A stretch of 64,000 nucleotides of DNA from an uncultured Gammaproteobacteria bacterium (GTDB lineage: Bacteria > Patescibacteriota > Patescibacteriia > VMEV01 > CAZAJQ01). Position numbers and translations under genes: made by a program. Below, piece after piece: positions 58,119 to 64,000 of the stretch. Below the pieces are notes generated by a model, which did no database searches, was not told the origin of the DNA, and saw only the letters and a list, made by a program, of their open reading frames with translations. The stretch spans positions 4,678 to 68,677 of the forward strand of contig CAZAJQ010000005.1 of the NCBI GenBank assembly GCA_964485795.1, in the 5' to 3' direction. Every line of letters starts with the position of its first letter. Positions within the stretch are counted from its first letter, which is position 1.

Positions 58119-58720
58119 CAGCCATGCAGCGATGCGATTGGATATATTGATATTTTCTTTTTGAAAATCCGCACCTTTAAACTCAACAAATCATACTGTG
58201 AATGATAAAGAGGAGTATGCTCATCGGGATAGGTAATTTCAGCGATAGTATGATCTGTTTTTGAAAGCTTACCACCGCTTTGTATTAAAAGAGTCCTCAA
58301 ATACTCGGCACCAAAACGACCTATCGCCGCCGTAATCATCAACCCGGAACAAAATCTTCGATACTCTTGCAAAAAAACTTCCCATTTCTCCGGAGTGATA
58401 GACTTGCATGCTTCGAGCGATCGCAGAAATGTATCGGCAAACGAAAGATAGGTTTGTTTAAGGTCATCGATCCTTTCTCGAGAAATTATGAGCTGGCGTA
58501 TCGCTTCATAATAGGCGTCCAAATTTTCCCGATAATAAAATACATGTGCATCGGTCCCTTGTGATATGAGCGAAAGCTGTTCCAAAGGGACATGCACTCC
58601 AAAATCAGCATTATGATGATAATGCCCATAATTGGAAAGACATTGATGCCAAAAAGACATGTTTCGACTCACGGCAAGTTCCCATGGTTTGTTTTCAAAG
58701 TTAAATATTCTTTGCATCAT
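58087..58720 (-). pseudogene. Frameshifted, truncated gene (resembles the helical N-terminal part of CPR/DPANN PEP-utilizing-domain proteins)
   Basis: Reads MMQRIFNF...TYPDEHTPLYHSQYDLL; a shifted frame near 58155 continues ENINISNRIAAWLSKYEHIPVNFF and then runs into the opposing gene start. Confidence 0.5.
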
Positions 58721-58878
58721 ATATTTCCCGGTGCTGGTAATGATATCATTTGACTTGATATTCAGACACTTCAAAAAAAGCTTATAATAATCCATTTGAT
58801 AAAAAGAATCAATCCATTCCAATCCTTTTTCTCCTCCCCAAAACACGCTATAATATACGAAGACATTCTCCCTTTTTT

Positions 58879-60798
58879 ATGCTCAAAAAACACAAAAAAA
58901 AATTCATCTGGATCACCGTGATTCTCATTTTGGCTCTCATGGCCGGCGTCGGTGTTTGGCGATTCACAAGCAAAAAAGCGGTCGTCTATGAAACCGTCCC
59001 CGTCATCGAAGGACCCATCAAACAAACGGTATCCCTGACCGGAAAAGTCAAAGCATCCGAAATTTTGTCACTTACATTCGAGAAAACCGGAAAAATCGCT
59101 TCCATACCTGTCGAGGTGGGACAAAAGGTTCAAGAAAATGACATTCTCGCCGAGCTTGAAAACGCCGAGTTGCTGGCCGAAAAACAAAAAATCATAGCCG
59201 GCATTCAAAGCGCCAATGCGACGTTTCTGGAGCATCAGGCCGATCTCGATTATCAAAATGTCCGGCTTTCCGAAATCCTTTCCGGCGAAAGACCCGAAAG
59301 TATTCAAATCTACGCGACGAAGGTCCAAACCGCGAAAATCGCTTTTTCGGATGCCAAAAAAAATCTTACCGATACGAAAACCATGGCCGGATCCGAGCAG
59401 AAAAAAGCCGAGCAATCCTTGATTGACAGCCAAACGAAACTTCAAACCGTCATCGACAAAAACGCCACCGATCTTGCCAATGCATCCATCGGCGTCAAAG
59501 ACACTCTCTATGACGCGGCAGCGAGGCTAGAAAATGCCGTGAAAGCCAAGATAAACGATCTCTTCCGAAATCGGGAGACGAGTTCCCCGGAGCTTTCTTT
59601 CACGACCACCAATAACTCCGCGAAAAGCATGGTTGAAAGTCGCCTTATTTTTGACGCCGATTTTGCGGTTTTGGAAATGCAAAAAAAAGCGGCCGATCTT
59701 TCGAGTCAAAGCACGGAAAATGACTTTGATTTTGCGCTTATCAAATCTTTGGCCTTCATGGACACGGGGCGCGAACTGCTGTCCCAAATTTCCTTGGCGC
59801 TTGACGATGCGATCGGGCTTTCATCATCGACGCTTGGCGGATATCGGGACAAAATTTCCCTCGCCTTTGGAGATATCAATACGGCTGCCTCACAAATCAG
59901 CGCCAAGCAGCAAAGCATCGCCGCGCAAAAAACAATAAATGCCAATACTCTCGCCGTGGCGCAAAATGAGGTGAACCTTGCCATTTCGACGCTTTCCTTG
60001 ACCTTGACATCCAATCAAAGCAAGATCACGGCTGCGGAAACCAAGATCAATGAAACGGAAAATGCGCTTTTATCCGCTGAAAATGAACTTGCATTAAAAA
60101 CGGCGGGACCCACAAGCCAAGAAATAGACTTGCAAAAAGCTCGCATACGACAAACCGAGGCCAATATCGCTTCGCAGCGAGCCGTCATAGCGCAAAATCA
60201 AGCGCAGCTTGCAAATATCGAAGTTCAGCTCGAAAAAGCGACCATGAAATCCCCGTTTTCGGGATTGATCACGAAAATCGACAAAAAAAAAGGAGAAATC
60301 GTCGCTCCCAATGACGCGGTGATTTCCCTCATATCCGACGCTGAGTTTGAGATCGAAAGCAATATTCCCGAGGTGGATATCGCCACCATACGCATCGGAC
60401 AAAATGCGTCCGTAACGCTTGACGCCTATGGAAACGACATCGTATTTCCGGCGATCGTGATAAAAATAGATCCGGCGGAGACCATCATCGAAAACGTACC
60501 CACCTATTCGACCACTTTGCACTTTGTCGAAAAAGACGAACGCATCAGATCCGGCATGACGGCCAACATTGACATCATCACCGGTGAAAAAGACAGCGCC
60601 TTGCTGATTCCTCAGCGCGCCGTCTATTACCGCGGTGCGGAACGCTTTGTGCGTATTTTGGGAATCGCGCAAAAAAACCTTCGAATACCCCTCGAAATCA
60701 AGGTTACCACCGGCCTCCGAGGCGAAAGCGGCGAAATCGAAATCCTCTCCAGCCTCAAAAAAGACGATCCCGTCATACTGTTTTTTGAAGAAGAATAA
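58879..60798 (+). CDS. Efflux periplasmic adaptor (MacA/HlyD family) with extended coiled coil
   Basis: TM anchor; L.F...G.I..I.V..GQ.V....ILA.L; SPF.G.I; E.DI..I..GQ; R.GMTA...I. Confidence 0.9.
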   Translation: MLKKHKKKFIWITVILILALMAGVGVWRFTSKKAVVYETVPVIEGPIKQTVSLTGKVKASEILSLTFEKTGKIASIPVEVGQKVQENDILAELENAELLAEKQKIIAGIQSANATFLEHQADLDYQNVRLSEILSGERPESIQIYATKVQTAKIAFSDAKKNLTDTKTMAGSEQKKAEQSLIDSQTKLQTVIDKNATDLANASIGVKDTLYDAAARLENAVKAKINDLFRNRETSSPELSFTTTNNSAKSMVESRLIFDADFAVLEMQKKAADLSSQSTENDFDFALIKSLAFMDTGRELLSQISLALDDAIGLSSSTLGGYRDKISLAFGDINTAASQISAKQQSIAAQKTINANTLAVAQNEVNLAISTLSLTLTSNQSKITAAETKINETENALLSAENELALKTAGPTSQEIDLQKARIRQTEANIASQRAVIAQNQAQLANIEVQLEKATMKSPFSGLITKIDKKKGEIVAPNDAVISLISDAEFEIESNIPEVDIATIRIGQNASVTLDAYGNDIVFPAIVIKIDPAETIIENVPTYSTTLHFVEKDERIRSGMTANIDIITGEKDSALLIPQRAVYYRGAERFVRILGIAQKNLRIPLEIKVTTGLRGESGEIEILSSLKKDDPVILFFEEE

Positions 60799-60912
60799 CC
60801 TTCATCGCGTCACGAATTTACTGCCGCCAGACCATGACAGTGGCATGCTGGAAAAAAAACGGTAACGCCAGTCGCGATCGAAATGCCCGACGGCTTCTCA
60901 ACATCACGTCCC

Positions 60913-61629
60913 ATGTCCCTCATTCATGTCAAAAATCTCAAAAAAAGTTATGAAAACGATGGTGTATCCACCAAAGTGCTTTTTGGCATTACTTTTGCCA
61001 TAGAAAAAGGGGAATTCGTGGCCATCATGGGTCCATCCGGATCGGGAAAATCCACTTTGCTTCATATTTTGGGTTTTTTGGATCGTCCCAGCGAAGGGAA
61101 ATATCTCTTTGAAGCAAAAGACTCCGATGAATACTCCGATGAAGAAGCTTCTCATATTCGCAATAAAAAAATGGGATTTGTTTTTCAAACGTTCAACCTT
61201 CTCCCGAAAACCGATGTTTACGACAATGTCAAACTCCCTCTCATCTACTCCGACGTGAAAGAATCGGAGTGGCACACTCTGGTAAAGCAAGCCGTCGAAT
61301 CCGTCGGACTCACGCACCGCATGGATCATGAGCCTTCCCAGCTTTCCGGAGGTGAGCGGCAAAGGGTGGCCATCGCTCGCGCCCTCGTCAATCAGCCGGA
61401 AGTGATTTTTGCCGACGAACCCACGGGGAATCTCGATTCCAAATCCGGCCAACACGTCATGGAAATCCTCGAAAATCTCAATAAACGCAAAAAACACACC
61501 ATCATCCTCATCACTCATGAAACCAGCACCGCCGAACATGCTCACCGCATCATCCGTCTCAAAGACGGGCTCATACTCTCGGATACGAAAGTGAAAAATC
61601 ACCGCTACGCTGAGCATTTCTCAAAATAA
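60913..61629 (+). CDS. ABC transporter ATP-binding protein (MacB/LolD type)
   Basis: GPSGSGKST, GFVFQ.FNLL, LSGGERQRVAIARAL, ADEPTGNLD, ITHE. Confidence 0.95.
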   Translation: MSLIHVKNLKKSYENDGVSTKVLFGITFAIEKGEFVAIMGPSGSGKSTLLHILGFLDRPSEGKYLFEAKDSDEYSDEEASHIRNKKMGFVFQTFNLLPKTDVYDNVKLPLIYSDVKESEWHTLVKQAVESVGLTHRMDHEPSQLSGGERQRVAIARALVNQPEVIFADEPTGNLDSKSGQHVMEILENLNKRKKHTIILITHETSTAEHAHRIIRLKDGLILSDTKVKNHRYAEHFSK

Positions 61630-61700
61630 ACGATCAACCGGCCCGCCCTTCAAAGACCTGTCGCGGCAAATCTCCTTCTCTCCTTGAGACGGCACCCTCT

Positions 61701-62939
61701 ATGCGCTTCAAACATGTCGTAGCCACGTCGTGGCAATCCCTGACTTCAAATAAAACGCGAGCCACGCTCACGATGCTGGGTATCGTCATAGGCATTACAT
61801 CGCTCATCGTCATCATGTCGCTCGGAAAAGCCGCGAATATCGCCATCCTCTCGCAAGTCCAAGGAATCGGATCCAAATCCTTTATCATCGCCCCGGGTCG
61901 CGACGCTCCCGGACCCGCCGATTTCTCCGCGCTTTTTTTGGATTCTCTGAAAGAGCGCGAGCTTTTGGCCCTGCAAGAAAAAAAGAACGTCCCCACCTTA
62001 CTGGACATATCGCCCGATATTCTCGTACCGGGATCGGTTTCCGCCGGAAACGAGACCTATGGCGCCACGGTGGTCGGCACCGGAATATCGTTTCCGGGAA
62101 TTCTTGATATTTACCCCGATCAAGGACGATTTTTCGATCAACACGAGGTGGATACTTTCCAGCGTGTGGCGGTTATCGGGCATAAGGTGGAGCGCGAACT
62201 TTTCGCCAATGAAAGCGGACACAATAAAAAAATAAAAATCAAAGGCCAAAATTTTCAAGTCATCGGAGTTTTCAAATCATTGGGTACCATCGCTTTTTTC
62301 AATGTCGACGATGGTGTGCTTATCCCCTATTCATCCGCGCAAAAATACCTTACGGGTACGGATTACTACAACGAACTTTTCGCCCGCGCCGATTCCGAAC
62401 GAAACATCGAAAGAACCGTCAGAGATATCACTCTCACCCTGCGCGAATTGCATGGCATCACGGATCCGGACAAAGACGATTTTCACATTCACACCCAAGC
62501 CGATTTGCAAAAAAGCGTCGGTCAAATCACGTCCATCTTGACCCTCCTTCTCTCGGGCATCGCCGCCATATCGCTGATCGTCGGCGGCATCGGGATCATG
62601 AATATCATGTACGTTTCGGTGAAAGAGAGAACCCGTGAAATCGGCATACGAAAGGCCCTTGGAGCGACACGATCCGATATATTGCGCCAATTTCTTTTTG
62701 AAGCGGTTCTTCTCACCCTTGTCGGAGGGATCGTGGGGATGGTGCTTGGATTGGGAATCTCCTCTCTCAGCCTTTGGGGAATCTCCTCTTTTTCCGGACT
62801 GTCACTCCCTTGGGTTATTTCCGAATCATCTCTGCTTCTCGGGGTCGGAACTTCGGCGGCCATCGGGCTTTCCTTCGGCATATTTCCGGCGCGAAACGCC
62901 GCCATGCTCCCTCCCATGAGCGCCCTGCGATACGAATGA
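61701..62939 (+). CDS. ABC transporter permease (MacB/FtsX type)
   Basis: R..LT.LGIVIGI, ISL.VGGIGIMNIM.VSV.ERTREIGIRKALGA, QFL.E, P...A..L.P..ALRYE. Confidence 0.95.
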   Translation: MRFKHVVATSWQSLTSNKTRATLTMLGIVIGITSLIVIMSLGKAANIAILSQVQGIGSKSFIIAPGRDAPGPADFSALFLDSLKERELLALQEKKNVPTLLDISPDILVPGSVSAGNETYGATVVGTGISFPGILDIYPDQGRFFDQHEVDTFQRVAVIGHKVERELFANESGHNKKIKIKGQNFQVIGVFKSLGTIAFFNVDDGVLIPYSSAQKYLTGTDYYNELFARADSERNIERTVRDITLTLRELHGITDPDKDDFHIHTQADLQKSVGQITSILTLLLSGIAAISLIVGGIGIMNIMYVSVKERTREIGIRKALGATRSDILRQFLFEAVLLTLVGGIVGMVLGLGISSLSLWGISSFSGLSLPWVISESSLLLGVGTSAAIGLSFGIFPARNAAMLPPMSALRYE

Positions 62940-62975
62940 TATTTCCACATGTCCGATCCGGAAAATTTCAAACAT

Positions 62976-64000
62976 ATGAAATGGAAACACCTTTTTTCGA
63001 CATCTTACGACGGTTTGAGAACCAATAAAAAAAGGTCATTTTTGACCATTTTGGGGATTGTCATCGGCGTCACATCCATCATTCTGATCATCGCAATGGG
63101 GGAGGCGGCGAAAAATCTCATCATCACCGAAATTCAGGGCATCGGCACCAAAACCCTCATCATCATTCCCGGACGGCAAATCAAAGGGCCTGCCGATATA
63201 GCGCAAACATTCGGTGATTCGCTCGGTGAGAAGGATCTGAAACTCTTGCAAAAAAAAGAATTGGTGCCGCATGCAAAAAAAATCATGCCCCTGCTCTTTG
63301 GCGCAAAGATAGCGTCGTTTCGAGGAGAAACCTATCAGGTGACCCTGCTTGGCGGATCGCAAGACATGCGCAGCATATTCAATCTAAAAACCGGTGAAGG
63401 CGATTTTTTTTCGGATGAAGATGTGTCGAAAAAAAATCAGGTGGCCGTCATCGGCGAAGAAGTGAAAAAAAATCTTTTTAAAAATGTTTCTCCGCTCGGA
63501 GAAAACGTGAGAATCGGGGAAAAAAAATTCACGGTGGTCGGTATTTTGCAAAGCAAAGGACAAGGATCGTTTGCGAATTTCGACGATTCCATTATCCTCC
63601 CGTATTCGAGCATGAAAGATTATATCCTCGGCATCGATTATTTCAATCGTATCGTGGTCGAAACCGACGATGAAAAAAATATCAGGGCCACGGTCGCGGA
63701 TCTCGAAATCACGCTGCGAAACGGTCATGGAATCACCGATCCGGAAAAGGACGATTTTTTCATCGAATCACCGACGAGCATCGCAAACCGGCTGAAAACA
63801 ATTACCGATACCCTCACCTTCTTTCTTGCGGCCGTTGCCGGCATTTCGCTTCTCGTGGGAGGCATCGGCATCATGAATATCATGCTCGTATCCGTCACCG
63901 AAAGAACTCAGGAAATAGGCCTGCGCAAAGCGCTCGGAGCCACTTCCAATATCGTATTGACGCAGTTTCTGCTCGAAGCCGTCATGATCACGTCTCTGGG
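62976..64000 (+). CDS. Second MacB/FtsX-type permease, partial (runs off the window)
   Basis: Manual translation MKWKHLFSTSYDGLRTNKKRSFLTILGIVIGV...ISLLVGGIGIMNIMLVSVTERTQEIGLRKALGA. Confidence 0.92.
   Translation, partial: MKWKHLFSTSYDGLRTNKKRSFLTILGIVIGVTSIILIIAMGEAAKNLIITEIQGIGTKTLIIIPGRQIKGPADIAQTFGDSLGEKDLKLLQKKELVPHAKKIMPLLFGAKIASFRGETYQVTLLGGSQDMRSIFNLKTGEGDFFSDEDVSKKNQVAVIGEEVKKNLFKNVSPLGENVRIGEKKFTVVGILQSKGQGSFANFDDSIILPYSSMKDYILGIDYFNRIVVETDDEKNIRATVADLEITLRNGHGITDPEKDDFFIESPTSIANRLKTITDTLTFFLAAVAGISLLVGGIGIMNIMLVSVTERTQEIGLRKALGATSNIVLTQFLLEAVMITSL

Overview
Chromosomal segment of a bacterium that looks like a Patescibacteria/CPR member. This is an inference from the short InfB N-terminus, core genes without Shine-Dalgarno sequences, DUF11/VanW/PH-domain surface genes and a CarS-like gene. 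The standard code 11 fits, since many core genes end in TGA. Core content: infB-rbfA-nrnA-dprA-folC-topA, mutL, mutY, mutS, ruvB, polA, polX, tsaD/tsaE, a Zn/Mn ABC importer, a MacAB-like exporter, glycosyltransferases and four tRNAs (Leu-TAA, Gly-GCC, Glu-TTC, Gly-TCC). No rRNA, CRISPR array, integrase, transposase or reverse transcriptase was seen. Highlights: (1) A promoter, 24-aa leader peptide and 1:2/2:3/3:4 attenuator structure (7487-7654) sit in front of a probable circularly permuted ATP-grasp ligase; that gene is split by one in-frame TGA and followed by an M20 peptidase. (2) A CcdA/thioredoxin cassette is bracketed by a 34-bp direct repeat of the M20 gene 3' end. (3) A ~3000-aa surface protein has A-B-B-A repeats, with a 711-bp near-identical duplication and variable Cys-bounded loops. 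(4) Several orphan genes carry consensus promoters and SD sequences that the core genes lack, including a tandem RNAP alpha-CTD-like protein. (5) Several REP/MITE-like palindromes are present. All calls come from reading motifs by eye; no database search was run.
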